Source of the DNA: an uncultured virus (IMG/VR IMGVR_UViG_3300007770_000003)
Taxonomy: Duplodnaviria; Heunggongvirae; Uroviricota; Caudoviricetes
Reading direction: 5' to 3' (one strand)
Length of the DNA: 64,000 bases
IMG/VR virus record: IMGVR_UViG_3300007770_000003
Shown here: positions 1 through 9,630 of the stretch, in pieces
Position numbering within the stretch: position 1 is the stretch's first letter
Layout: each line of letters opens with the position of its first letter
Position numbers and translations under genes: made by a program
The notes under the pieces: model-generated
Told to the model about the DNA's origin: nothing
Database searches by the model: none
Seen by the model: the letters and a program-made list of their open reading frames with translations, nothing else

Positions 1-975
1 CGTCTGAGGCAAAACAGAGAGGCCGACGCTGGAATGGTCGTACATGCGGTCCACCTTGAATTCAGCCTCCCAGGTCACCCGGAGAGGAGAGTTTTCCTCA
101 AACCCGAAGCTGAACGACTCAAAATGACCCACGTAGGTCCACTGGTCATAGTCAATCGCGATAGCCCCGATGAAGTGATTGGCGTCCGTGTGGTTCACGT
201 TGTCGAAGATGTAGCCGTTGTTCCTGTAGAACAGATAGAGGGCCATGAAGTTCTGCCACCCCGCGGAGTCCCGACGGCTGGCCTCCTGGTACCCGCTGAC
301 GCTCGTAGTTTCTCCCGTAGACTGGCTGAGCGTCACCACGTCATCCCCGAAGTAAGTCCCTGTGCTGTTAGAAGAAGCCGCCCCCGCAACAAAACCTGCG
401 GTGGAACCCGAGATAGATAGAGTCGGCTGCTCCTCGCCCCAGGACTCAAACAAAGAGCTATCCCGAGTCTTGGTCCCGAAAGACTGCACCTTGCTGTAAG
501 CGATGCTGAGACTCTCCGGGTTGACCAGGAGGATCAAAGGTGGAGCCTCCAGCATGGACTTGAGCTGGAGAGAGATATCCGCGGCGGCGTAGATATCCGC
601 GAGAGCCGGGTAAAAGTCCCCCGGACTGAGGTTGGTATTCAAGCCCCCCGCCAAGACTGACTCCAGGCTGCTCCGAGTTGCCGACGTCACCGGGTACGAA
701 GAGTTCAACGCCTCCGCGACCCGGTCTGCGTCCGAAGAAGCCCACCGAGCCGCAGCCCCGATCAACCCCACATCCCCCCCCTCGCTCTCTTCAGTAGAAG
801 AGAGCAGGTCATCCGGAGGGACAAACCGCAGCCTGAATGGGGAGAGCTGGCGGAGGAGAGCCTTGGTGCCGTCAACCGGCACACCCTCCTGAGACTCAAA
901 CAGGTACGCCATCACCCGGCCGACAGAGATCCCGTCGTACCTGGAAAAAGCCTCCGCGGTTCCAAACTGAGCCAT
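1..975 (-). CDS. Tail tube-initiator/baseplate-hub-like protein, runs off the window edge; paralog of 976-1638
   Basis: Missing from the ORF track. ATG at 975 abuts the stop of the upstream gene and the frame stays open to base 1. My translation includes LLVNPESLSIAYSK, FESWGEEQPTLSISGSTAGF and YVGHFESFSFGFEENSPLRVTWEAEFKVDR, which align with the neighbouring protein. Confidence 0.7.
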   Translation of the reverse strand, partial: MAQFGTAEAFSRYDGISVGRVMAYLFESQEGVPVDGTKALLRQLSPFRLRFVPPDDLLSSTEESEGGDVGLIGAAARWASSDADRVAEALNSSYPVTSATRSSLESVLAGGLNTNLSPGDFYPALADIYAAADISLQLKSMLEAPPLILLVNPESLSIAYSKVQSFGTKTRDSSLFESWGEEQPTLSISGSTAGFVAGAASSNSTGTYFGDDVVTLSQSTGETTSVSGYQEASRRDSAGWQNFMALYLFYRNNGYIFDNVNHTDANHFIGAIAIDYDQWTYVGHFESFSFGFEENSPLRVTWEAEFKVDRMYDHSSVGLSVLPQT

Positions 976-1638
976 TTACTCTCCCGGCCACTGCCCAATA
1001 TCAACCGACTCTCCCGTCTCATCCGAGACGACAGACGCGGTCTGGTGAGACCTCCAGGTGAGCAACTCTCGCTCCACCGTAAAAGCCGCGTTCAAAGTGA
1101 ACTGATAGGGCTTCTCAGCCGCCTCCGTCACCGAGAATGAAGAGAACCAACCATAGTAAGAAGCCCCGTCAAAGGTCACCTTGATCTGACCCTGGAGAAC
1201 GACGTGACCGTGGTTATCGTAAACCGAAGCGTTGTTCTTAAACAACGCTAACATATCCAGGTACTTATCGTAAGCTATGGTCTCCCTCCGGGTGCCTTGA
1301 GCGGTGCCGTCGTCGAGGTAATCGGGGGAAGTAATGTTGGAGAGTCCCGAGTAGAGTCGAACGAAGCCTCCCGTCGCCATATCGAAGGTGATTTCTCGGG
1401 TTGAGTCTCCCCAATGCTGTTCGACGAAGCCGCCCTTCGTTTGCATCCGGGTGATCTCCTTGCTGTAGGAGATCTTCATGCTGCTGGGGTTGACGTGGAG
1501 GACAAGGAAGAGATCCTCCGGGAGGAGGGAGGTCTCCCAATCAGGCCCCAGGATATCGAAGACCACGGGCCTCTTCCCAGAGCCGCTCTCCGCTTCTGCA
1601 TGACCGCCAGGGAAAGCGGATCGGATCCGCTGGGGCAT
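976..1638 (-). CDS. Tail tube-initiator/baseplate-hub-like protein
   Basis: 220 aa, directly downstream of the tape measure gene. LHVNPSSMKISYSK...YYGWFSSFSVTE...FTLNAAFTVER resembles tube-fold initiator proteins. Function inferred from position. Confidence 0.6.
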   Translation of the reverse strand: MPQRIRSAFPGGHAEAESGSGKRPVVFDILGPDWETSLLPEDLFLVLHVNPSSMKISYSKEITRMQTKGGFVEQHWGDSTREITFDMATGGFVRLYSGLSNITSPDYLDDGTAQGTRRETIAYDKYLDMLALFKNNASVYDNHGHVVLQGQIKVTFDGASYYGWFSSFSVTEAAEKPYQFTLNAAFTVERELLTWRSHQTASVVSDETGESVDIGQWPGE

Positions 1639-4600
1639 CAGTTAGGTCTCCCCGTCGCAGAGTTGACCGCTTTCCTCACAACGTCGTAGACCTTGCCCAT
1701 GTCCTGAGGGTTCCGGACGTTGATGTTCACCGTGGAAGAGCCCCCGCCACCCTGAGCAATCGCCTGATCCGCCGGCCCCCCAGGCATCATTCCGATAAAC
1801 TCATCGGCTCGATTGATGGGCGTGATGGAGCCACCGCCGGCACCCCCTCGATAGATGAAGTCGTCCATCCCCGGGAGCAAGTTGCTGGTGCGGAGCCAAT
1901 CCACCTGACCCGCTCGAATCAGGGCCTCTTCCAGCACGGGGGGAAGAGCCTCTGACTTCGACCCTTTCAGAGTCATCAGCCGCGCGGCGAAGTCCTCGTG
2001 CATCCGACCCGCCATCATCTGTTCGCCGTAAAGCTGGCGAAGGCCAGAATCGTGGATCCCCGCCGCGGACAAGGCTTCGTCTATGCGGTTCTCCTTGAGG
2101 GCTTTGAACACATGCCCTTCAAGGTTCGTGTCGATGTTCTCGGTCCCCCCGACGATCTTGACCATCTCCTCTTGGAGAGCCTTCTCTTCAGCTAGCAGGG
2201 AGTCCACGTAGCCCCCCATCCCATCTTCAATCCCTTCTGCCACGTTGGTCTTCTGACGAGAATCGTCGCCCAGCAAATCCGAGACCTCAGCCATAGGGCC
2301 CACGACTTCAGCCCGCTTGGCGTCGGCTCGGTCTTTATCGGCATACGCCGCCGCACCGGGACCATCCACCGACCCCGAGGCGTAGGCGTAGCCGCCAAAA
2401 TCCATCAGCGGCGGAGAGACTCCCGCGTCCGCCTTCCGGACAGCGTCAGCCACATCAGGCGAGCGACGGAGTAGCTCCTTCTCGACCTCACCGACCATCT
2501 CTTCACGGCTATCCGGAGCATCCCAGGAAGCCGTGTCCCGGATGATGCCCCGCAAAGCCTCCTGCTCCTTCATCTTGGCCTGAATCCCCTCCTTCTTCTG
2601 AAGGAAAACCGCCGCATCCCCCTTCAGCTTGTTTCGGGCTCCCACCTCATCGCCGGCAAGCTGGGAAGCCTGTTGGCGATTGTCGCTCAACTGGTTGTTG
2701 ATTTCCACCAGCTTTGACCGAAGTTTCTCCGACACTTTCTGGGAAGCGTCCAGGGCTTCCTGCTGAACAGCCCTCTCTTCCGGGCCCATCGCCATCGTGG
2801 CCTGATAGAGCGACTGAATCCCCTGGTAGATCTGCTCCAGCCAATATTGAACGCCCGTCTCCAGAATCGTCGCCACGGAGGTCGTCTGACGAGTCAGCTC
2901 TTTCGCCCTCGTGTCAGCGGCGGAGAGACTCCCCTCCGCGGTGGCCTGAAGCAGGTCACCGTTCGATTGAATGTAGTCTCCCAGCCCCTTTAGCTCATGC
3001 TGGAATCCGCTCGCGTCCTCTGTCTGAACGTTGCCGTGCTCATCCACCCGAGCAGCCACCACCTTCCCGTTTCGGATAGTGGCTCCGAAGTTCTCCGCAA
3101 GCCGCTTGTCTCGCTCGCTGTTCGCTACAATGTTCTCCCCCCGCATCCCCTCCAGGGTATCCCACTGACCTCTCATCGCGAGATCCACCCGCTTGAGGGC
3201 CTCAAGCTGCTCCCCTGACACACCCGCATACTGCTCAAAAGCAGCCAGCTCGATCGCTCCCATATCACTGAGAGCCCGGTCGCCAAGAGCCTGGAGCATC
3301 GTAGCCAGCTTCCCGCCCATGTCCAGGGAGCCCATCCCGATCGCCTGCTCGCTCATCCCACCTTGCGTCCCCCTCGCGAGGTTGACCATCGACTCCAGCC
3401 GACGGGCCGACTCGTCATCACCCCGGAGCCGCATCTGGGCAAGAGCCTTGCCCAGCTCCTCCTGCGTCACACTCCCCATTCGCTGAGCAAGCTCCCGAGC
3501 TGTTCCCTCGTCGTTGAGATCCGAGCCCATGAGGCGATTGATATCCCCACCCAACCCCAGGTCCATCGACCCGAAGTCCTGCCGGAACTGGCGAGCAGTG
3601 TCCTCCAGGGACCGGCTCATAATGTCAGACATGTCGCCCCCACCAGCGATCATGATCTTCTTGAACCGCTCCGTGTAGCTCTCCTGCGTGAAGCCCTTGG
3701 TCAAGTCCTGAGCGAGGGCTTCCGCGAGATCCTCGCCCACCACGGTGGCGAGATCCGCGAGTAGTTCTGCGGTCTCCTCAATCCGGTTGTTGTAGATCGC
3801 CATCCCGCTCGTGGCCTGGGAGATCATCCCAAAGAACCGCTTCGTCGCCATCCCCGACTGCATCGCGACCGAGGTGATGGCAGCAAAAGTGTCTTCGATC
3901 CGCTGGAGACCCATCCCGAAGTCGTGATGCCACTTCGCCGTGGTCTCCGCGATCTCCGACGAGCTTACTCCAAGGTTCTTGGAGTACACCAGAGACACCT
4001 TTAGGAGCTGGCTGTAGCGAGCGACCTTCTCCGCTGCCCCATCAGCCCCCTCCTCCAGCTCCCGGTACGTCAAGCCGGCAGCGTTGGCGGCTGCCATCAC
4101 AGGAAGAAGTTCTTTCGGGAGCACCCGGTAGGCTCGACCGATATCCAGAGCGGAGACCCGCATAGCTTCCAGGCTCTCCCCCACCGAAGCGAGACCATCC
4201 CGGCTCTTGGTCCACGCCATGTCCGCCGCACCGGCACCCTCCAAGAGGGCTTGATTGAACTCCTTCGCCTGAGCCTCCGCATCAATCAGAAGCTTGACCA
4301 CCAGGGCGAGCACTCCCGCGACCGCGGCGATGGTGCCCGCAGCGACTCCCATCGCTTTCCCCGCCTTCCCCATCGTCTTGACAGCCCCCTCCATCACGGA
4401 GCCGAGATCGCCGCTCTTCGCCGCCTGGACACCACCCTGAAGGTTAGAGGGGAGATCCGAAGTGAAGGTCTTCTTCAAATCGTCCCGGGCATCCTTCAGC
4501 ATCTTCCGCTGCTCTTCCACCGCGTCCAGCCGGGCCTTGATCAGGTCTTGTTCCTTCCTCATCTCCCGGTTGAATGCCCGCTCCCGCTCATTAATCTCCA

Positions 4601-5021
4601 GCTTGATCCGCTTGACTTCAGCGTCCGCGGCATCCTTAGCTGCCTGGGCTTGTTCGTTAGCGGTTTTATCATTTAGCTTCGCGGCTGCTTTGAATGCCTC
4701 AGCGGCACTCTCCTGCTGAAGCGCCGCTGCCTGAAGGTCGGTGATGTGGGAAGCCATATCTCGATCCCAACTGGACCGAAGAGCCTCGACACGACGCCCT
4801 GCCTCTGTAAAGGACGCCTTGCTCGCGTCCGTGATGGCGTCCGCCATCGCTTTAGAGGCCGCGATGGATCCTTGCTCGATGGACTGGACAAGATTCTTAC
4901 CGACCCGGGACTGACCCAGAGCTTTCGCGGCTTCCTTGAGTGCTCGCGAAGAAGTCGCGAGCCCCGTGGAGGCAATCTCGACCTGAATAGCTTCCCGCCG
5001 AAACATACTGCCAGCCATCAA
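1638..5021 (-). CDS. Tail tape measure protein
   Basis: 1127 aa, Ala/Gly/Met-rich and helical/coiled-coil, with a hydrophobic stretch (MGVAAGTIAAVAGVLALVVKLLI). Canonical position after tube and chaperone genes. Confidence 0.8.
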   Translation of the reverse strand: MMAGSMFRREAIQVEIASTGLATSSRALKEAAKALGQSRVGKNLVQSIEQGSIAASKAMADAITDASKASFTEAGRRVEALRSSWDRDMASHITDLQAAALQQESAAEAFKAAAKLNDKTANEQAQAAKDAADAEVKRIKLEINERERAFNREMRKEQDLIKARLDAVEEQRKMLKDARDDLKKTFTSDLPSNLQGGVQAAKSGDLGSVMEGAVKTMGKAGKAMGVAAGTIAAVAGVLALVVKLLIDAEAQAKEFNQALLEGAGAADMAWTKSRDGLASVGESLEAMRVSALDIGRAYRVLPKELLPVMAAANAAGLTYRELEEGADGAAEKVARYSQLLKVSLVYSKNLGVSSSEIAETTAKWHHDFGMGLQRIEDTFAAITSVAMQSGMATKRFFGMISQATSGMAIYNNRIEETAELLADLATVVGEDLAEALAQDLTKGFTQESYTERFKKIMIAGGGDMSDIMSRSLEDTARQFRQDFGSMDLGLGGDINRLMGSDLNDEGTARELAQRMGSVTQEELGKALAQMRLRGDDESARRLESMVNLARGTQGGMSEQAIGMGSLDMGGKLATMLQALGDRALSDMGAIELAAFEQYAGVSGEQLEALKRVDLAMRGQWDTLEGMRGENIVANSERDKRLAENFGATIRNGKVVAARVDEHGNVQTEDASGFQHELKGLGDYIQSNGDLLQATAEGSLSAADTRAKELTRQTTSVATILETGVQYWLEQIYQGIQSLYQATMAMGPEERAVQQEALDASQKVSEKLRSKLVEINNQLSDNRQQASQLAGDEVGARNKLKGDAAVFLQKKEGIQAKMKEQEALRGIIRDTASWDAPDSREEMVGEVEKELLRRSPDVADAVRKADAGVSPPLMDFGGYAYASGSVDGPGAAAYADKDRADAKRAEVVGPMAEVSDLLGDDSRQKTNVAEGIEDGMGGYVDSLLAEEKALQEEMVKIVGGTENIDTNLEGHVFKALKENRIDEALSAAGIHDSGLRQLYGEQMMAGRMHEDFAARLMTLKGSKSEALPPVLEEALIRAGQVDWLRTSNLLPGMDDFIYRGGAGGGSITPINRADEFIGMMPGGPADQAIAQGGGGSSTVNINVRNPQDMGKVYDVVRKAVNSATGRPN

Positions 5022-6193
5022 TCACCCCGCGCATTCGGATCAATGACCCGAACCTTCCGACTACGGATACGCCTGTCCAGGCTAGGCTTCTGCTCAATAA
5101 GAACCCCCTCCTCCCCGGCCCTCAGTACACCAGCCTTCGGAGCCTGGGCGATGTTCTTCCTGTACAAAGCCCCGGCATCAGGCCCTTCAAAGACCTTCCG
5201 GGCCCCGGGCCGACGCCCCGGCGGCTTACCGCGAGTGACCTGACCGAGAGAGTCCAAGGAGTATCCGACAAGGTCTCGACCACCCCCGACTCCGATCTGT
5301 TGCTGGGCTTCCAGAAGCCGACGCTTCCGCTCCCGATCCCGCTGCTCCGCCTCGTACCGCTCCCGGATTTTCTGCTTCTGGGCTTCCACGACACGATCGT
5401 GGTCGTCCATCTCCCCCGCGACCCACCGACGCATCTCTTCGACCAGCTCGGTCGGCGTGACGGCTCGCTTCGTGGTCCGCCGACCAGCCATATCAGACCG
5501 GCCGACCGCCGCCCAATACATCTGGTCTTGAACGTTCTTCCGACGCTCCTCCTCCGTCCGATGCCGCCGCTGGTCTGAAGCGTTCAGCTTCTTCACGCCC
5601 TTCGGAGCATGAGCGGAGGCGACCAGCTTCGCGGCTGCCCAGGATGCTTGCTCCTCCAGACGAGCATCTTCCGCGAGGTTGTACGCCACCCACAACCGCT
5701 GAACGTAATTCTGACCCAACCGGGAGCTGCCAGGGATTCCAGAAAAGTCCTCTCTCCCCGGGTTCTCCCGACCGCACATCCTCCACAAGCCCCGGGAGTA
5801 ATGCTCGTAGCAGTAGGACTCCAGGCGGCTCAGCGCACTGGAGACCCGGTTGTAAAGCCCCGTGAATATGGCGAACGTCGTCTGGAGAGCCCCACTCGGG
5901 AGGGACCGGAGAGCCTGTCGAATCCGAGTGGTCGCTCTCGGGTCTTCTAAGAGCATCTGCCCGTCTACCATCCAGGTACAAGTAGACAGCGACCACTCCA
6001 TCCAGGCTCGTTGAGTCGGGCGGACGCCTACCCGAGCCCGGAGGATATGAAAGTCACCGGGGCTCGGGCTCCTCAGACAACACTCGACAGCCCCGATCCG
6101 GTAGGGGTGCGACAGGAACCCAGGACATAGCAGGGCTTCCACGTCCCCATAGAAGGGGCGACGAAGTTCCGCGTTCTTGTCCCGGGCATCCAC
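5018..6193 (-). CDS. Hypothetical protein, tail assembly chaperone position
   Basis: 391-aa ORF overlapping the tape measure start by 4 nt. Confidence 0.55.
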   Translation of the reverse strand: MDARDKNAELRRPFYGDVEALLCPGFLSHPYRIGAVECCLRSPSPGDFHILRARVGVRPTQRAWMEWSLSTCTWMVDGQMLLEDPRATTRIRQALRSLPSGALQTTFAIFTGLYNRVSSALSRLESYCYEHYSRGLWRMCGRENPGREDFSGIPGSSRLGQNYVQRLWVAYNLAEDARLEEQASWAAAKLVASAHAPKGVKKLNASDQRRHRTEEERRKNVQDQMYWAAVGRSDMAGRRTTKRAVTPTELVEEMRRWVAGEMDDHDRVVEAQKQKIRERYEAEQRDRERKRRLLEAQQQIGVGGGRDLVGYSLDSLGQVTRGKPPGRRPGARKVFEGPDAGALYRKNIAQAPKAGVLRAGEEGVLIEQKPSLDRRIRSRKVRVIDPNARGD

Positions 6194-6197
6194 TCAA

Positions 6198-7412
6198 TCA
6201 CCTCCTCCTGGGTGGCTGGAACCGCGTGTTGACCTCCCCGCCCTCATCATTGAACTTCGCCTTGCTGGGATCGATCTGACCGCTGGACTCCCCGCCCCGA
6301 TCAGAGATCTCCGTGGTAGGCAGCCGGTAAGCCTCTCGTCCCTCTACCGTCCCCATCGGAGTCGCCCGGCGGAGCTGGTGACCACCCGAGTCCACCACGG
6401 CATTCTCCCTGTTCGCCGCCGCCCGATGAGGAGGCTGCCGGCGCGGACGACCCGACTTCACCGTAGTCTCACGCTGAGTCCTCGCCTTCTTCCTAGCCAC
6501 CAGAAGCCGCTGGTTCTCCATCGCGAGAGCGTCCGCGCTGGGATCCGCGAAGCTGTCCATGATCTCAGGGGCTCGGGGCCGGGGCGGCTGAGGGGGTGGG
6601 GGCCTCTGCGGCTCTTCCTGAACCCGAGAGGGTGCCGGGACTGAAGACGGGATGGCTGACGACCGACCCTCTCGCCGGGGCGGTGGAGCGGAAGGCTCCG
6701 GCTCTTTCACCGGAGCCGCCTGAGGAGCGGGCTCAATCTGCTCAGGCTCAATCACCGGAGCCGGAGTGCGCTGGCTCTCCCGAGCGAGGTCACGGTTTCC
6801 CTGCTGGACCAGCTCCGTCTGCCGGAGAACCGCTCCCATCTGACGAGAGACCGAATCCTCAGCCGCAGCCCCCTGATTCTTCTGGAGAGCCTCCAACTCC
6901 AGAAGACGCTCCTTCACCCGATCAATTTCTGCCTGGAGGTCCACCGGGTCATATACCACTGCCTGCTCGGTCTCCAACTCCACCCGGGTCATCAAATCCC
7001 CGTAGGCTTTGAAGATGTAGAGCAGCAGGGGTCGAGTGAAGCGGGCTTCCAGCATCCTCCGGAGGACCATGTGGGTCTCCTCCCGAATCGGCTTCCCGTC
7101 CTCCGACTCCCCGGTCTTGATATACTTGACCCCCGTGAGGTCCAGGTTTCCAATCCGACTGACCGCGTAAGAGAGAACGCCCACCTTGAACCGGTCGAGG
7201 TACTCCAGCACCTCAACGTGGTCCGGGTTCTCTCGCTCGCGTCCCTTTTCATCCTGAAGGACAGCACGAGCCCAACCCTGAACCGCCCGCTCAGCATCAG
7301 GACTCAGGGGATTCAAAACAAGGTCCACCCCACCTACCGTCAGAGGATAAGGCTCCCGACCCAGCTCCGCGATGGGGGCAAGAGCTTGCTCAAGTGCGGC
7401 CAGATCGATCAT
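6198..7412 (-). CDS. Putative tail assembly chaperone with Pro-rich C-terminal half
   Basis: 404-aa ORF with an AGGAG RBS, between the tube gene and the tape measure gene. Confidence 0.55.
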   Translation of the reverse strand: MIDLAALEQALAPIAELGREPYPLTVGGVDLVLNPLSPDAERAVQGWARAVLQDEKGRERENPDHVEVLEYLDRFKVGVLSYAVSRIGNLDLTGVKYIKTGESEDGKPIREETHMVLRRMLEARFTRPLLLYIFKAYGDLMTRVELETEQAVVYDPVDLQAEIDRVKERLLELEALQKNQGAAAEDSVSRQMGAVLRQTELVQQGNRDLARESQRTPAPVIEPEQIEPAPQAAPVKEPEPSAPPPRREGRSSAIPSSVPAPSRVQEEPQRPPPPQPPRPRAPEIMDSFADPSADALAMENQRLLVARKKARTQRETTVKSGRPRRQPPHRAAANRENAVVDSGGHQLRRATPMGTVEGREAYRLPTTEISDRGGESSGQIDPSKAKFNDEGGEVNTRFQPPRRR

Positions 7413-7517
7413 GCAGACTCCTAGTAGCGGGCACCCCAGGAACCCAACCGGCCAGCGGATATTCTGGAGGTTCGCCGGAATGTCGTAGACTTCGTCATTC
7501 AGCCGAACCTTACCGGG

Positions 7518-8294
7518 TCACCCCGTCAGGTCGCCGCCACCGCCCGTCTGAGGGTTGCCGTAACGGACAGAACCAAGCTGGCCGATGGAGGGGTCGTTAC
7601 CCGTCGCCAGGAACTCTCCGTAGACCGAAGAGAAATCATGGACGTCGCTGACGATGACGCTCCCGCTCTCCATGATGATGCCGGAATCGGCCCCATAGGT
7701 CGCGCTCCAGTCAGTCCACCAGCACGCCTCGTACAGCGTGATGATTGCGGTGTGGCCGCCGCTGGACATACCGGTCTGGTCCACGGTCACCGTGGGATAG
7801 TCGATGCGACGGACACCACCGTCATAGGCCCCACCCGACCCGTCGTAGCCGACGTTCTCATGCGCGAGGTCCATGTCCGCGAGGGTCGAGAATACAAGCT
7901 GACGCTCAATGTCAAACGGCCACTTATGATGCTTCAGCGAGCGAACCGGACCATCCACACCCGCCGCGTACCCGGTCGCCTGCCAGAGGTTCGCGAGGTA
8001 GAGCAAAGCCCGCTCTACGGACGCGGTCATCGCCGTGGTCACGCTGGGAACCAGCTCCGCGATCTGATCGCCAAAGCCAATCCCGCGAACCTCCTCCACG
8101 CTCTTGTTCTCAGACGGAGCGAAGCTACTCAAGACGCCGACCTGAAAGAGAGCAGAGTTGCTCCCATACGCCGGAGCCAGCACCCGTACCTTCTGGCTCA
8201 CCGCAACGCGAGTGTTCGGGGAGGTCCCGTAGTCATACAGGTAGCTCGACCCCTGGAGACCATTCGACGGGTTGATATCGGTGTTGCTGCTCAC
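7518..8294 (-). CDS. Putative tail tube protein
   Basis: 258 aa with the pattern VEEVRGIG...ELVP...ASVERALLY...WPFDIE...ITLYEACWWTDWS...IIMES, typical of contractile-tail tube proteins. First gene of the tail module. Confidence 0.65.
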   Translation of the reverse strand: MSSNTDINPSNGLQGSSYLYDYGTSPNTRVAVSQKVRVLAPAYGSNSALFQVGVLSSFAPSENKSVEEVRGIGFGDQIAELVPSVTTAMTASVERALLYLANLWQATGYAAGVDGPVRSLKHHKWPFDIERQLVFSTLADMDLAHENVGYDGSGGAYDGGVRRIDYPTVTVDQTGMSSGGHTAIITLYEACWWTDWSATYGADSGIIMESGSVIVSDVHDFSSVYGEFLATGNDPSIGQLGSVRYGNPQTGGGGDLTG

Positions 8295-8332
8295 AATCGA
8301 TCTCCGAAGGAGGTTGCTCTAAAACAACACAC

Positions 8333-8346
8333 CTATAGGCCCACTA
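8333..8346 (-). promoter_or_regulatory. Class II (late-like) motif TAG-N6-TATAG
   Basis: TAG-TGGGCC-TATAG upstream of the tail tube gene; further copies at 13217, 22418, 24560, 26630 and 60181. Confidence 0.65.
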
Positions 8347-8387
8347 TCGTAGGTCACATCCCCCGAGAACTCGTATGCGAGGCTCTA

Positions 8388-8852
8388 TCAATCCTCTGGG
8401 GAGTGTCTCGCCCAGAGAGAGTCAAACTCCTGCTGATATGCCTTCGCGACATAAGAGAGCCGGAGAACGACGAAATTCTCCTGGTTCTTGTTCGTCGCGT
8501 TGAGGGTGAAATTGTAGCTCCCCGTCAACACCGCTCGCGATCCGGGAGTCCGCCCGTCTCCGATAATGAACTTGTGGTGCATGACACCCTTGATTCGGTC
8601 ACGGCGCACATCAACACCCTCAGCTTCCAGCCGCTCATCGTCCGCGTAGCGGCTCCCCGCCTGTGTCTTGTCCATCAACACGCGAACAGGGACACCGCGC
8701 CCCTGAGCCCGAATGATGGCGTCTGCAATACCATCGTGGGTCAGGGAATAGACCGCAATGTCCAGACGGGTGCTGCACCCGTCAATGAACCCGATGACCA
8801 CTTCGTCGGCTCCCCGATCGGGGGAGAAATACACGCTCGCGAATCGACCCAT
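8388..8852 (-). CDS. Phospholipase D-family (Nuc-like) nuclease, single HKD domain
   Basis: VYFSP start, MHHKFIIGD (HxKxxxxD), TGSYNFT and NQEN motifs. Start refined to ATG 8852 after an AAGGAG RBS. Confidence 0.9.
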   Translation of the reverse strand: MGRFASVYFSPDRGADEVVIGFIDGCSTRLDIAVYSLTHDGIADAIIRAQGRGVPVRVLMDKTQAGSRYADDERLEAEGVDVRRDRIKGVMHHKFIIGDGRTPGSRAVLTGSYNFTLNATNKNQENFVVLRLSYVAKAYQQEFDSLWARHSPED

Positions 8853-9163
8853 CAGGTTCTCCTTTCTGAAGAACCTACCATCAATGAAGGCCGGGGATCG
8901 CAGGCATGAGCATAAGTTGAGCCGACAGCCAGTGTTGAATGTCCTGAGGAACACCGTCCCGGTGCCTGGAAACAACCACCAGGAGATACCGAATTCCAAC
9001 AGGAGACACAACCCGACCGCTCTGAGGACTTTCCAGCAAAAGGTTCCGTCTACTCAGCCATGCTCGCGAAGTTGGTTGAAGCGTCGGCATGGAGTTGGTT
9101 CTCCATGTATAGGAGTACCCCCATAGACTAAACACCACCAGTTTCGTTGCAAAATCTCCACGA

Positions 9164-9205
9164 AGTTAGCCCCTGAGGGGGTAGAAACTCCCTCAGGGGC
9201 TAACT
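9164..9205. terminator. Long hairpin downstream of the Hc1-like gene
   Basis: AGTTAGCCCCTGAGGG...CCCTCAGGGGCTAACT is a 16-bp perfect inverted repeat. No clear U-tract. Confidence 0.6.
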
Positions 9206-9230
9206 CCACCCCATCCCCTTCGATCTCGAC

Positions 9231-9458
9231 TCAGGTAGCCGTCGTCGCCGTCGTCGTGGTGGTCTTCGCGGCGAGCCGCTCGTTCTTGACCGTCTGGACG
9301 TTGACGCGGGTCTCCTGAATAGTGGCCTTGAGGCCGTGCAGGGTCTTGCGGACACGGGTGCCCGCCGAGGCGTTGCCTCCGTCGAACTTCTCTGCGTCGG
9401 TGAGGGTGACAGTCAGGGTGTCGATGATCGACTGAATCTGGGCCTTGGTAGTCGCCAT
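9231..9458 (-). CDS. Histone H1-like (Hc1-family) small DNA-binding protein
   Basis: 75 aa; DAEKFDGGNASAGTRVRKTL matches the GNxxAxxRxRK signature of Hc1-like proteins. Start refined to ATG 9458. Confidence 0.75.
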   Translation of the reverse strand: MATTKAQIQSIIDTLTVTLTDAEKFDGGNASAGTRVRKTLHGLKATIQETRVNVQTVKNERLAAKTTTTTATTAT

Positions 9459-9546
9459 GAGAATCGCTCCATTGCTGATGTGGCGTATTCCTTTACCGCT
9501 AGCAAAACCTCTCTGGCCCACCTGAGGACAAGTTTTTGTGGCTGAG

Positions 9547-9575
9547 AGCGGATTCTCCCGGGCTCGCTCGTATAA
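9547..9575 (+). promoter_or_regulatory. Class I promoter-like motif
   Basis: CGGAT-N15-CGTATA upstream of the phosphatase genes. Confidence 0.55.
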
Positions 9576-9630
9576 GTGTCCGATGCCCTCGCCGGTCTGC
9601 GTCTCAGGGCATGTCACAACCGAGAGAGCC

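Noticed and set aside
5018..7412. Programmed frameshift joining the two chaperone-position genes
   Set aside because: No clear slippery heptamer near the end of 6198-7412, and the downstream gene has its own AGGAGG RBS and start.
8721..8732. GTCTGCAATACC as another CRISPR repeat remnant
   Set aside because: Short, inside the PLD coding sequence, and lacks the hairpin and 3' handle.
8853..9160. Small gene or ncRNA between the PLD and Hc1-like genes
   Set aside because: Several short frames compete, none has a convincing RBS or motif, and no recognisable RNA family is evident. Left unassigned.
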